Below, piece after piece: positions 13,656 to 23,074 of a stretch of DNA of 64,000 nt. The notes below the pieces were generated by a model that saw only the letters and a list, made by a program, of their open reading frames with translations, made no database searches and was not told where the DNA came from. Position 1 is the first letter of the stretch. The number at the start of each line of letters is the position of its first letter. The DNA comes from Candidatus Dadabacteria bacterium UBA1144. Its GTDB lineage: Bacteria; Desulfobacterota_D; UBA1144. The DNA is taken from the NCBI GenBank assembly GCA_002311855.1, contig DCAB01000012.1:388112-452111 (forward strand), read 5' to 3'. The position numbers and the translations under genes are program-made.

Positions 13656-14700
13656 AAATCTATCAAATCAAATAAAAACTATTATTTTATCTTCCGGTTT
13701 TGATATCGTCGGTATATCTAAAGCACATAAGCTTAAAGATTACAAACACTTAAAACAATGGGTAGATAATAAATATCAAGCCGATATGAAATATATGGAA
13801 CATATTTCTAAGAGATCGGATGTTAGAGAGATTGATAATTCTTTTAAGTCTGTAATTAGTTGTGCTATCAACTATAATTCAATAAATAACGAACTTTCCT
13901 CATATAGGGCTTACAGAAAGAAAAAGGGATGGATATCCAGATATGCAATTGGTGATGATTATCATAAAATAATAGAAAAAAAGTTAAAAATAGCTTCATT
14001 GAAGATAAAAGGCGTTTTTCACTCTGAGCCAAAAATCAAATATTATGTTGATACAGGACCTGTACTTGAAAGAGCATATGCAGGAATCTCAGGTACCGGA
14101 TGGATTGGAAAAAATTCATGTTTAATTAATAAAGAAATCGGATCATGGATATTTTTATCCGAGATATTAATGGATCAAGTTCTTAAATACGATGAAGATG
14201 TAAAAGATATGTGCGGGACTTGTACTAGATGTATTGATGCTTGTCCGACCGATGCAATAATTTTCGATAAAGTTGTTGATTCAAATAAATGTATTTCTTA
14301 TCTGAATATAGAAAATAAAAAATATATCAAAAATGATATAGCGAAAAAGTTTTTGAATAATATTTACGGCTGTGATATATACCAAGAGGTATGTCCATGG
14401 AATAAAAGAGCCAAATTAACAGACTTAAAAGTCTTTAATCCGAAACAGGAATTTACAATACCTGATCTAATTGAACTATTACGCAATGTCGAAAATAATT
14501 GGAATAAGCTAAAAATAAAAAGCCCGATTAAAAGGGTCAAGAAAGATGGATTAATAAGAAATATATTAATCGTGATGGGTAATATCGGGGACATTAAATA
14601 TATCCCCATTTTAGAAGAATATATAATTAATAAAAATCTAATTTCTGCTAAAACCGCAGAAGATTCAATTCAAAGAATTAAGGATTCACTCGATTCTTGA
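13642..14700 (+). CDS. queG: epoxyqueuosine reductase (one Fe-S Cys replaced by Tyr)
   Basis: SRYAIGDDYH, VDTGPVLER, GWIGKN, CGTCTRCIDACPT, CISY, GCDIYQEVCPWN. Confidence 0.92.
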   Translation: MSKIENLSNQIKTIILSSGFDIVGISKAHKLKDYKHLKQWVDNKYQADMKYMEHISKRSDVREIDNSFKSVISCAINYNSINNELSSYRAYRKKKGWISRYAIGDDYHKIIEKKLKIASLKIKGVFHSEPKIKYYVDTGPVLERAYAGISGTGWIGKNSCLINKEIGSWIFLSEILMDQVLKYDEDVKDMCGTCTRCIDACPTDAIIFDKVVDSNKCISYLNIENKKYIKNDIAKKFLNNIYGCDIYQEVCPWNKRAKLTDLKVFNPKQEFTIPDLIELLRNVENNWNKLKIKSPIKRVKKDGLIRNILIVMGNIGDIKYIPILEEYIINKNLISAKTAEDSIQRIKDSLDS

Positions 14701-14738
14701 CACAATCTTCTAATCTGTTTAGCTTATCATGGAGGAGG
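14697..14738 (+). promoter_or_regulatory. promoter and strong RBS of the tpx-sufT-bcp-bioD run
   Basis: TTGACA (14697-14702), 17 bp spacer, TAGCTT; GGAGGAGG upstream of ATG 14746. Confidence 0.5.
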
Positions 14739-14745
14739 TTTTTTT

Positions 14746-15264
14746 ATGAGTAACGAAAGAGATGGAGCTGTAAGATTAAAGGGAAATCCGATTACATTAA
14801 TTGGGCCTGAATTAAAAGTAGGAGATAAAGCACCTGACTTTACCTGCGATCAAGGTTTGATGCCAAGCGTTTCTTTGTCTGATATGGGTGATGCGATAAA
14901 GGTTTTTAGTGTGGTACTTTCTGTTGATACTCCTGTTTGTTCTTCTCAAATAAGAAAGTTTAACGAAGCAGTAGCCAGTATTAATGGTAATCTAGAGATT
15001 TATACTATCAGTGCCGATTTACCTTTCGCACAAAAAAGATTCTGTGGCTCGGAAGGTATAGAACGAATAAAGAATATTTCTGATTACAAAAATAATACAT
15101 TTGGATCTACTTACGGCGTTCTTATGAAAGACCATCAATTATTAGCAAGAGCAGTTTTTGTTATAGACGGAAATAATACTGTCAAACATGTTGAGTATGT
15201 TAATGAAATCTCAACTGAACCTAATTATGATTCAGCTTTAGAAGCCATAAAAAGCTTAGTCTGA
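14746..15264 (+). CDS. tpx: thiol peroxidase (atypical 2-Cys peroxiredoxin)
   Basis: SVDTPVC, ISADLPFAQKRFC, LLARAVFVID, EPNYD. Confidence 0.95.
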   Translation: MSNERDGAVRLKGNPITLIGPELKVGDKAPDFTCDQGLMPSVSLSDMGDAIKVFSVVLSVDTPVCSSQIRKFNEAVASINGNLEIYTISADLPFAQKRFCGSEGIERIKNISDYKNNTFGSTYGVLMKDHQLLARAVFVIDGNNTVKHVEYVNEISTEPNYDSALEAIKSLV

Positions 15265-15572
15265 TGAGTGAAAATGTAACTAAAGAAAAAGTTCTAGAAG
15301 TGTTATCTCAAGTATATGATCCAGAGATACCTATCGATATAGTTAATTTAGGTTTGGTATACGATGTTCAAATCAATGACAATACCGTTAACCTTAAAAT
15401 GACTATGACATCACCTGGCTGTCCTTCCGCACGGGAAATAATATTAGAATCCCAAACTTTAGTCAGTGAAATCGAAGGAGTTAAAGAAGCCAATGTTGAA
15501 ATAGTATGGGATCCCCCATGGTCTCCAGAAAAGATGAGTGAGGAAGCTAGAACAAGTATGGGAATTGATTAA
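15264..15572 (+). CDS. DUF59/SufT/PaaD-family Fe-S cluster assembly protein
   Basis: VYDPEIPIDIVNLGLVY, MTMTSPGCP, VWDPPW. Confidence 0.92.
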   Translation: MSENVTKEKVLEVLSQVYDPEIPIDIVNLGLVYDVQINDNTVNLKMTMTSPGCPSAREIILESQTLVSEIEGVKEANVEIVWDPPWSPEKMSEEARTSMGID

Positions 15573-16021
15573 TGCCAAACGATGATTTGATGATTGGCAA
15601 AAAGTCCCCAAACTTTGATTTTGTCTTTGAGGATGGAAAAAGAATTTCTCTAAAAGATTTCCTTGGACAAAAAGTATTGCTTTATTTTTATCCCAGAGAT
15701 AATACACCAGGCTGCACAATTCAAGCGTGTTCTTTAAGAGATTCACAAAAAGATTTTCAAAAACTTAAAATTAAAGTAATTGGTATTAGTAAAGATTCTG
15801 AGAAATCCCATAAAAATTTTTCATCTAAATATAGTTTGAATTTCACTCTAATCCCCGATACTGAAAAAAAAATAATTTCCAAATACGGAGTTATGAATGA
15901 TAAAGGTTCGGCAAGAAGAGTATCATTTCTAATTGATGAAAAAGGAAAAATAATTAATATATGGAAAAAAGTTAATACCAAGGAACACGCGAAAGAAGTA
16001 CTAGATTTTATTAATTCATAA
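15572..16021 (+). CDS. bcp: peroxiredoxin Q/BCP
   Basis: YFYPRDNTPGCTIQAC, RVSFLIDEKG. Confidence 0.93.
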   Translation: MPNDDLMIGKKSPNFDFVFEDGKRISLKDFLGQKVLLYFYPRDNTPGCTIQACSLRDSQKDFQKLKIKVIGISKDSEKSHKNFSSKYSLNFTLIPDTEKKIISKYGVMNDKGSARRVSFLIDEKGKIINIWKKVNTKEHAKEVLDFINS

Positions 16022-16022
16022 A

Positions 16023-16766
16023 ATGATTCTATTCGTTACAGCAAATGACACAAATATGGGTAAAACTTTCGTTACTGCCCTTCTAATTGATTGTTTGATT
16101 CAGAAATATGATAAAATTGCAGTCGTAAAACCTATCGAGTCTGGACTACGTTCTATAAATAAGTCAGATTTAATGTTCATTAGAAACATAAACAAAAAAA
16201 ATTTAAATAAAATTGATTTTTTTAATTTTTATAGTTTTGAAGAACCCCTAGCACCATTAACAGCAGCAATTTTAACAAAAACAAATATAAAAAAAAACAA
16301 AATAATCGACAATATTTATAAACTAAGTAATTTCTACGATATTGTTGTTGTTGAGGGCGTAGGCGGACTTAGGGTCCCTATAGGAAAAAATTTTGAAGTA
16401 ATAGATTTAATCAAAGAACTTAAAGCCAAAACTATATTGGTTGTATCACCATCTCTTGGAACTATAAATCATACTTTGCTTTCTGTCGAAGCTTTACGAA
16501 GAAGAAAAATAAGATTGGAAGGAATCGTTATTAATAATTATCCAAAGAAGCCAAATATTTCAGAATTGTACAATCCTATTATTTTCAAGGAGAACAAAAT
16601 AAAAATATTAGGTGTTATACCAACATTGACTATCTCAGATTCAAACAAATTAAGGTATTCATCAAAAAAGTTCTTTGCACCTTCTTTAAATGGAGAATTC
16701 GAATCTAAAAAATTTCTCTTAAGTTGTAGATACCAATTTGATAAGATTTCCGTTAAATTCGGCTGA
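16023..16766 (+). CDS. bioD: dethiobiotin synthase
   Basis: NDTNMGKT, KPIESG, PLAP, VEGVGG, LGTINHTLL. Confidence 0.93.
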   Translation: MILFVTANDTNMGKTFVTALLIDCLIQKYDKIAVVKPIESGLRSINKSDLMFIRNINKKNLNKIDFFNFYSFEEPLAPLTAAILTKTNIKKNKIIDNIYKLSNFYDIVVVEGVGGLRVPIGKNFEVIDLIKELKAKTILVVSPSLGTINHTLLSVEALRRRKIRLEGIVINNYPKKPNISELYNPIIFKENKIKILGVIPTLTISDSNKLRYSSKKFFAPSLNGEFESKKFLLSCRYQFDKISVKFG

Positions 16767-16794
16767 TTGACACCAAAATTCACTATGATATTAT
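16767..16794 (+). promoter_or_regulatory. promoter of the act operon
   Basis: TTGACA (16767-16772), 16 bp spacer, extended -10 TGaTATTAT. Confidence 0.5.
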
Positions 16795-16838
16795 TTTACG
16801 AGTCCACAGATACTCTGCTATAAATAAAGGATATTAGG

Positions 16839-17627
16839 TTGTCAAAGAAACTCACTGTGCTAACTATTGCTGCGTTCTTAATTACAATTCTTATTTTCTA
16901 TTTCGCCTTTATAAAAGATCACGAACCTCATCAGCCCATTGCTTTTAGCCATAAAATCCATGCAGGAGTTAATAATATACCTTGTACTTATTGTCATTCT
17001 TATGTCTCGAAATCTTCCCAGGCTGGCATACCTTCCGTTATGGAGTGTATGGGTTGTCATAAATATGTGAAAGCAGAATATGATCCAAAAGATTCACAGA
17101 GAATATATAAATTTAAAGGTAAATTAATTAATCCAACGGATTATCTCTATGATGGTCGCAAGCGAATTAATTTTGAGAATGAAATAAAAAAATTAACAGG
17201 ATATTGGGAAAGAAAAGAACCCATTCCATGGGTCAATTACCACTATATTCCTGAACACGCAAAATTTCCTCATAAGCCTCATATTAGATATGGACTGGAA
17301 TGTAAGACGTGCCATGGTGAAGTTGAGAATGTAGATATACCAAAGCCAGTTGTAAATATTAAGATGGGTTGGTGTATAAGTTGTCACGAGCAAACACTAG
17401 ATAAGAATTTTAAGGAACTGGAAGAGATTCATAAAAGTATTTCTAATTTGAGTGATTTGGATAAAAGGATAATGAGTCATACCGGGAGAATTCCAATCAA
17501 TAAGCTCTATAAAGACAATAATAAAAAACTAGGCCAACAATGGGAATCAAATGAAAATTCAGAAAAACTAATTAATATCGATAAGGAGATAGCTTGGTTG
17601 AAAGACTGTTCTACATGTCATAATTGA
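16839..17627 (+). CDS. actA: Alternative Complex III pentaheme cytochrome c subunit
   Basis: N-terminal TM, QPIAFSHKIHAG, five CxxCH (CTYCH, CMGCH, CKTCH, CISCH, CSTCH), MGWC; first gene of the operon. Confidence 0.9.
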   Translation: MSKKLTVLTIAAFLITILIFYFAFIKDHEPHQPIAFSHKIHAGVNNIPCTYCHSYVSKSSQAGIPSVMECMGCHKYVKAEYDPKDSQRIYKFKGKLINPTDYLYDGRKRINFENEIKKLTGYWERKEPIPWVNYHYIPEHAKFPHKPHIRYGLECKTCHGEVENVDIPKPVVNIKMGWCISCHEQTLDKNFKELEEIHKSISNLSDLDKRIMSHTGRIPINKLYKDNNKKLGQQWESNENSEKLINIDKEIAWLKDCSTCHN

Positions 17628-17649
17628 ACCAAAGTTACGTGATTGGAAT

Positions 17650-20583
17650 ATGAGTTCTAAAGAAAAAAGCAAAAAAGGTTCTTTGAGTAGGAGAAATTTC
17701 TTAAAGGCCTTATCCGCGATAGGTGGCGCTGCCATTATATCTTCGGGATGTTCTCCTGAACCTCTGGATAAATTGGTGTCATATGCAATTCCACCAGATG
17801 ATGTTATTCCAGGGCTCCCAAATTTTTATTCAACCTCACTACCATATTCCCCTGTTGGATCGTCAATTGTAGTTAAAGTTAGAGAAGGTAGGGCTATCAA
17901 AGTTGAAGGAAATCCTCTTGAGCCTATTTCTAAAGGTGCAACATCTGCAGAGACGCAAGCATCACTTCAAGGACTTTATGATCCAGATAGAATAAAGCAA
18001 CCATTGTTCAGAAACAACAGGAATAAGCTCACACCTATTACTTGGACCTCCGCTCTGGATATACTTACGAAGAAATTAAATGAGAAAAAGGCAAATACAT
18101 ATTTCGTAACTGACAATACTACTGGAACTCTAGATAAACTTATCAGTTCTTTTTCCAAAAAAATAAATGCTAAAAGGATTAAATATGAGACTCTATCTTA
18201 TGAACATATAACTTACGCTAATCAGATTTCTTTTGGAAAAAAATTAATTCCCACTTACAAAATTGATGAAACACAATATTTACTAAGTTTTAGCGCTGAT
18301 TTTCTTGAAACTTGGCTATCGCCACTCGAATATTCAAGAAGATTTACAAAAATGCACTCTCTAGAAGGAAAGAACAAAGGTAAGTTTGTCCAAGTAGAAC
18401 CTAAATTAACTCTTACTGGTTCTAAAGCAGATGAATGGGTTCCAATAGCCCCAAACACTAGTCTTTATTTAGTGCTTGCTATTATCAACTATATTAAAAA
18501 AAACAATTTAAACAAAAATAAAGTTCCTCCAACCTTTAAGAATCTATCTGAATTTGATTTAGTAACTACTAGTAAACTAACAGGAATCTCTAAAGAATCG
18601 ATAAAAAAGATTGCAATTGATTTTGCGAAATCTAAATCAGCTCTTGCTATAGGGGGTGGAATTTCCGATGCTGGGCGAGATGGATATGTAACTATAGTCG
18701 CAATTAATTTACTCAATTATATAACTGGCAATCTTGATAAAGTTGATTTTGATAACTATATGATGCTCTCTAATGCCTCAACGTATGCGGATATGGTTGA
18801 ATTTAAAAATAGAGCTGATTCTGGTCAAGTTGATATTCTTATAGTTCACAATGCAAATCCATTATATGCGCTACCAAATTCTTTAAATATCGAAAAAACT
18901 TTTGAAAAAATTCCTTACAAAATCAGTTTTTCTTCTTGTCTTGATGAAACGACAAAGCTCTGTGACTTAGTCTTACCTGATTCTCATCCATTAGAGCAGT
19001 GGGGTGATTATGAAGGGAAGAAGGGAAACTATTATCTAATACAGCCTGTAATGAAACCCCTTTACGGCAATTTATCTATTGGTGATTCAATAGTTTCTGT
19101 TTTTAATAACGTCGAGCCAGTTGTCAAATCAATACAACAAAATTCATACTATGAATATTTAAAAGATTCATGGAAAAATCTTTCTTCTCAATCTTCTTTT
19201 GAAGATTTCTGGAGGAGGGTTCGTAAAGATGGTGGACTATTTAGTGAAGCCCCAAATCAAACGGACGTTAAACATGATGCCTCTAATCAGTTTATTATTA
19301 AAACTCCTTCGGGCTATCAAAATAAATTAAATTTGTACGTGACTCCATCTTACAAATTTTACGATGGAAGAAGCGCAAACAAATCTTGGTTGCAAGAATT
19401 ACCCGATCTCTTAACTACTGCGGTTTGGGATTCATGGATAGAAATTAATTCAAAATTAGCCGAAAAACTCGATATAAAAGAAGGAGATTATGTTGATGTC
19501 GAATCCAATTTCGGCAAAATTACAACACAGGCCTATTTGTCTAAGGCAATGAGACCTGACACCGTATCTATTTCTCTTGGGCAAGGTCACAAAGAAATGG
19601 GAAGATACGCAAAAAATCGAGGAGTGAACCCATCAAATCTGTTAAATGGCCAAAACATAGGTAAAGCTGGTAATTTGAATTGGGCGTCGACCACGGTAAC
19701 CATCCAAAAAACTGGCAAATGGGAAAAATTGGTTAAAGTTCAACATTCCTATTCACAGGAAAACAGAGATATAGCACAATCTGTTGCCCTCTCAAAATTA
19801 TTGATGGATGATCATCACGAAGAAGAACATCATGATGAATATGATATGTATAGGGAATATGATTATTTTACTCATAAATGGGGAATGAATATCGATTTAG
19901 ATAAATGTACGGGCTGTGGCGCATGTGTAACTGCTTGCTATGCCGAAAACAATATACCGGTTGTTGGGAAAGAGCAAGTTGCAAATGGACGTCATATGGC
20001 TTGGTTAAAAATAGAAAGATTTCAAGAAGAAAAAGATAATGATTATCTGAATTCTACTAGAATCGACACAAGAATTATTCCTCAATTATGTCAACACTGT
20101 GAGAATGCCCCTTGTGAACCAGTCTGTCCTGTGTTTGCCACGTACCACAATCCAGAAGGTCTTAATGTAATGGTTTATAGTAGATGTGTTGGAACCAGAT
20201 ATTGTTCGAATAACTGCTCTTACAAAGTCAGGAGATTTAACTGGTTCAAATATGAGTGGCCAGAACCATTAAACTTGCAACTCAATCCCGATGTCTCTGT
20301 AAGATCAAAAGGAATCATGGAGAAATGCAGTTTTTGTCTTCAACGAATTACCTATGCAAAAGATATCGCAAAAGATGAAAAAAGAAAACTTAGAGATGGT
20401 GAAGTCGTAACAGCGTGTCAGCAGGCATGTCCTTGTAGTGCAATTGAGTTTGGAGATTTAAATGATTCAAAAAGCCAAGTTACAAAATTAAGTAAAGATA
20501 AAAGATCTTATAAATTATTAAAAGAACTTAATACAAGGCCATCGATATCTTATCTCAAAAAGATTGAATGGGATGGAGCATGA
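17650..20583 (+). CDS. actB: Alternative Complex III subunit B (molybdopterin-oxidoreductase-like domain fused to a polyferredoxin)
   Basis: Tat signal SRRNFLK plus lipobox SSGC; EGRAIKVEGNP; C-terminal CTGCGAC, CQHCENAPC, CVGTRYC, CSFC. Confidence 0.93.
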   Translation: MSSKEKSKKGSLSRRNFLKALSAIGGAAIISSGCSPEPLDKLVSYAIPPDDVIPGLPNFYSTSLPYSPVGSSIVVKVREGRAIKVEGNPLEPISKGATSAETQASLQGLYDPDRIKQPLFRNNRNKLTPITWTSALDILTKKLNEKKANTYFVTDNTTGTLDKLISSFSKKINAKRIKYETLSYEHITYANQISFGKKLIPTYKIDETQYLLSFSADFLETWLSPLEYSRRFTKMHSLEGKNKGKFVQVEPKLTLTGSKADEWVPIAPNTSLYLVLAIINYIKKNNLNKNKVPPTFKNLSEFDLVTTSKLTGISKESIKKIAIDFAKSKSALAIGGGISDAGRDGYVTIVAINLLNYITGNLDKVDFDNYMMLSNASTYADMVEFKNRADSGQVDILIVHNANPLYALPNSLNIEKTFEKIPYKISFSSCLDETTKLCDLVLPDSHPLEQWGDYEGKKGNYYLIQPVMKPLYGNLSIGDSIVSVFNNVEPVVKSIQQNSYYEYLKDSWKNLSSQSSFEDFWRRVRKDGGLFSEAPNQTDVKHDASNQFIIKTPSGYQNKLNLYVTPSYKFYDGRSANKSWLQELPDLLTTAVWDSWIEINSKLAEKLDIKEGDYVDVESNFGKITTQAYLSKAMRPDTVSISLGQGHKEMGRYAKNRGVNPSNLLNGQNIGKAGNLNWASTTVTIQKTGKWEKLVKVQHSYSQENRDIAQSVALSKLLMDDHHEEEHHDEYDMYREYDYFTHKWGMNIDLDKCTGCGACVTACYAENNIPVVGKEQVANGRHMAWLKIERFQEEKDNDYLNSTRIDTRIIPQLCQHCENAPCEPVCPVFATYHNPEGLNVMVYSRCVGTRYCSNNCSYKVRRFNWFKYEWPEPLNLQLNPDVSVRSKGIMEKCSFCLQRITYAKDIAKDEKRKLRDGEVVTACQQACPCSAIEFGDLNDSKSQVTKLSKDKRSYKLLKELNTRPSISYLKKIEWDGA

Positions 20584-21926
20584 TGAGTGATGTAGCCAAA
20601 CCACAGCGATATTCGACTGTGAATGAAACGGTGATGAATATGCTTAACAAGCCTTCTTTCGGTTGGTGGTCTATATTCGTCGTAGATCTTCTTTTCTTGG
20701 GATTCGGTATTTTTTGTTTTATGTATCAAATATATACTGGTCTTGGTGTTGCTGGATATAGCCACCCTGTCCTCTGGGGTGTCTACATCACTAATTTTGT
20801 TTTTTGGGTTGGTATTGCTCACTCAGGGACGTTGATTTCAGCGATACTATATTTGTTTAGAGCCAGATTTAGAATGTCTATCTATAGAATTGCAGAGGCA
20901 ATGACAGTTTTTGCAGTTTTTACTGCGGGATTATTTCCCATTATCCACCTAGGGAGACCGTGGAATTTTTACTGGCTTCTTCCTTACCCAAATCAAAGAG
21001 GGTTATGGGTTAATTTTGATTCTCCCCTTGTGTGGGATGTGTTTGCCGTAGGTACCTATCTAACAATAAGCTCGATCTTTTTCTTCATCGGAATGATTCC
21101 TGATATAGCGGCAATTAGAGATTCAGTTGTTGGAAAAACCAAAAAAGCTTTTTATTCGGTCCTTTCGCTAGGCTGGAAAGGTAGCAATTGGGAATGGAGT
21201 CATTATACAAGAACTTATTTTTATTTTGCAGCATTTGCCACTCCTTTAGTTATTTCAGTTCATAGCGTAGTATCATGGGACTTTGCGATGGCAAATACTC
21301 CTGGGTGGCATACTACAATTTTCGCTCCTTATTTTGTTGCAGGAGCAATCTTCTCGGGTCTCGCAATGGTTATAACTTTAGTAATACCTATTAGAAAGAT
21401 TTTTAAATTAGAAGACTACATTACAATCGATAATTTTGATTGCATGGCTAAGATGATAATTTTAACTTCTAGTATTGTTTTTTATGCTTACCTAACCGAA
21501 TTTTTTATTGCTTGGTATAGCGACAATAAATATGAATATGATCAATTTTTATACCGAGCCACTGGTGATTATGCACTATTCTATTGGACCATGATGTTCT
21601 GTAACGGAATCGTGCCCCTTGTTCTCTGGTTTAAAAAAATAAGACAAAACTTAAAAGTACTATTTATTGTCTCTCTTTTAATCAATGTCGGGATGTGGTT
21701 TGAAAGATTTAATATCATTGTTATATCTTTATCGAAAGAATTTGAACCTGGTTCATGGGGTCTATATAAACCATCATGGGTTGAATTAGGAATAACCGTT
21801 GGGAGTTTCGCTTGGTTTTTTATGTTTTTTCTAATTTTTGTCCGAACACTTCCTGCGCTTTCTATTGCTGAAATCAAAGAAACTCTACCTGTTCCAAAGA
21901 AAAATGGAGACTCACACTATGAGTAA
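20580..21926 (+). CDS. actC: Alternative Complex III NrfD/PsrC-like quinol-binding subunit
   Basis: NFVFWVGIAHSGTLISAIL, IHLGRPW, SPLVWD, SVHSVVSWDFA, GMWFERF; ATGA overlap with actB. Confidence 0.93.
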   Translation: MMSDVAKPQRYSTVNETVMNMLNKPSFGWWSIFVVDLLFLGFGIFCFMYQIYTGLGVAGYSHPVLWGVYITNFVFWVGIAHSGTLISAILYLFRARFRMSIYRIAEAMTVFAVFTAGLFPIIHLGRPWNFYWLLPYPNQRGLWVNFDSPLVWDVFAVGTYLTISSIFFFIGMIPDIAAIRDSVVGKTKKAFYSVLSLGWKGSNWEWSHYTRTYFYFAAFATPLVISVHSVVSWDFAMANTPGWHTTIFAPYFVAGAIFSGLAMVITLVIPIRKIFKLEDYITIDNFDCMAKMIILTSSIVFYAYLTEFFIAWYSDNKYEYDQFLYRATGDYALFYWTMMFCNGIVPLVLWFKKIRQNLKVLFIVSLLINVGMWFERFNIIVISLSKEFEPGSWGLYKPSWVELGITVGSFAWFFMFFLIFVRTLPALSIAEIKETLPVPKKNGDSHYE

Positions 21927-22542
21927 CGATAATCAAAATATCCTGGGGATTTATTCGTATTTTGATCTTTTTATTAATTCGATAAAAGAATTAAGAAAAA
22001 AGGGTTTTGAAAATATAAGAGCCTTCTCTCCTTTTCCGAATCAAGAAATGGAAGATGTCCTAGATACAGGGAGAGAACCAAGTAAAATTAAGTATTTCAC
22101 AATCTGTGGGGCAATACTCGGAGCACTTGTTGGCGCCTCTTTTACGGTTCTTACATCTATAGATTGGCCAATTGTTACAAGTGCAAAACCTATAGTATCA
22201 ATTCCTCCGTACATGATAATAATTTTTGAGTGTACTGTTCTAATAGGGGGACTGTCTACATTTCTTGGCTTAATTATAAATTCCCGACTGAGAAAGAATG
22301 TTCCCCCCGAATTGTACGATGAAAGATTTAGTAACGATAAATTTGGTATCTTGGTAAATTGTCCTTCTTCTGACATTGAACAAGTTGAAAATATTTTAAA
22401 AAATTACGGATCTGAGGAAATCAAAATAGACGGTGCTTCCGTTATTGCAGAAGAACTCGTAGAACCAAAAGAGGAAAAACTGGATGAAGGATCTACCGAA
22501 GAAGAAACAACTCCAGACCAGGAAGAGAAAAATGAAGATTAA
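21919..22542 (+). CDS. actD: Alternative Complex III subunit D (DUF3341-like) with acidic tail
   Basis: FSPFP, two TMs, WP..KP..IIFE, DERFSNDKFGI; operon position. Confidence 0.87.
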   Translation: MSNDNQNILGIYSYFDLFINSIKELRKKGFENIRAFSPFPNQEMEDVLDTGREPSKIKYFTICGAILGALVGASFTVLTSIDWPIVTSAKPIVSIPPYMIIIFECTVLIGGLSTFLGLIINSRLRKNVPPELYDERFSNDKFGILVNCPSSDIEQVENILKNYGSEEIKIDGASVIAEELVEPKEEKLDEGSTEEETTPDQEEKNED

Positions 22543-23065
22543 ATCTTATTTGATATTTTGCGTTGTCACCATGTTAAGTTTTATTTTTTATTTTTTTGTG
22601 CTGAGTATTCCATCCTCCGCGTTACCTTGGTCTACTGACATGTGGGAACATCCAAGCATCAAACCTTACGAAGAAGCCAGAGGGTATCCTGAAAATTCTA
22701 TTTTTAACAATAAAAATTCGACGGAGCTTTCGAGAGAAGAATATGAAGCAATTCAGATTGGACCCAGTAATGGTCAAGAATCTATATCAAAAGGAAAAGT
22801 GCTTTATGAAACGTATTGCTACGCATGTCATGGAACAAAGGGCATGGGAGATGGCCCTGTTATTAAGAATAATTTGAGACCAAAGTCATATTTTTATCCT
22901 GTTAACTTAACCCAATCTCAAACACAGAGCAGAACAGATGGATATATTTATGCTTATATACGATATGGAGGAAAAGTGATGATGCCCGCGTATGGAAGAA
23001 TAACTGAGAAAGAAGCTTGGGACATAGTTTACTATGTTCGATACCTTCAAGGAAAGATGAATTAG
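22532..23065 (+). CDS. actE: Alternative Complex III monoheme cytochrome c
   Basis: Signal peptide, DMW..IKPYE, CYACHG, DGYIY, MPAY, WDIVYYVR. Confidence 0.87.
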   Translation: MKIKSYLIFCVVTMLSFIFYFFVLSIPSSALPWSTDMWEHPSIKPYEEARGYPENSIFNNKNSTELSREEYEAIQIGPSNGQESISKGKVLYETYCYACHGTKGMGDGPVIKNNLRPKSYFYPVNLTQSQTQSRTDGYIYAYIRYGGKVMMPAYGRITEKEAWDIVYYVRYLQGKMN

Positions 23066-23074
23066 GGAAAGATA

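Noticed and set aside
17650-20583. Catalytic molybdoenzyme (polysulfide or formate reductase)
   Set aside because: Fusion architecture and the actA/C/D/E/F context identify non-catalytic ActB
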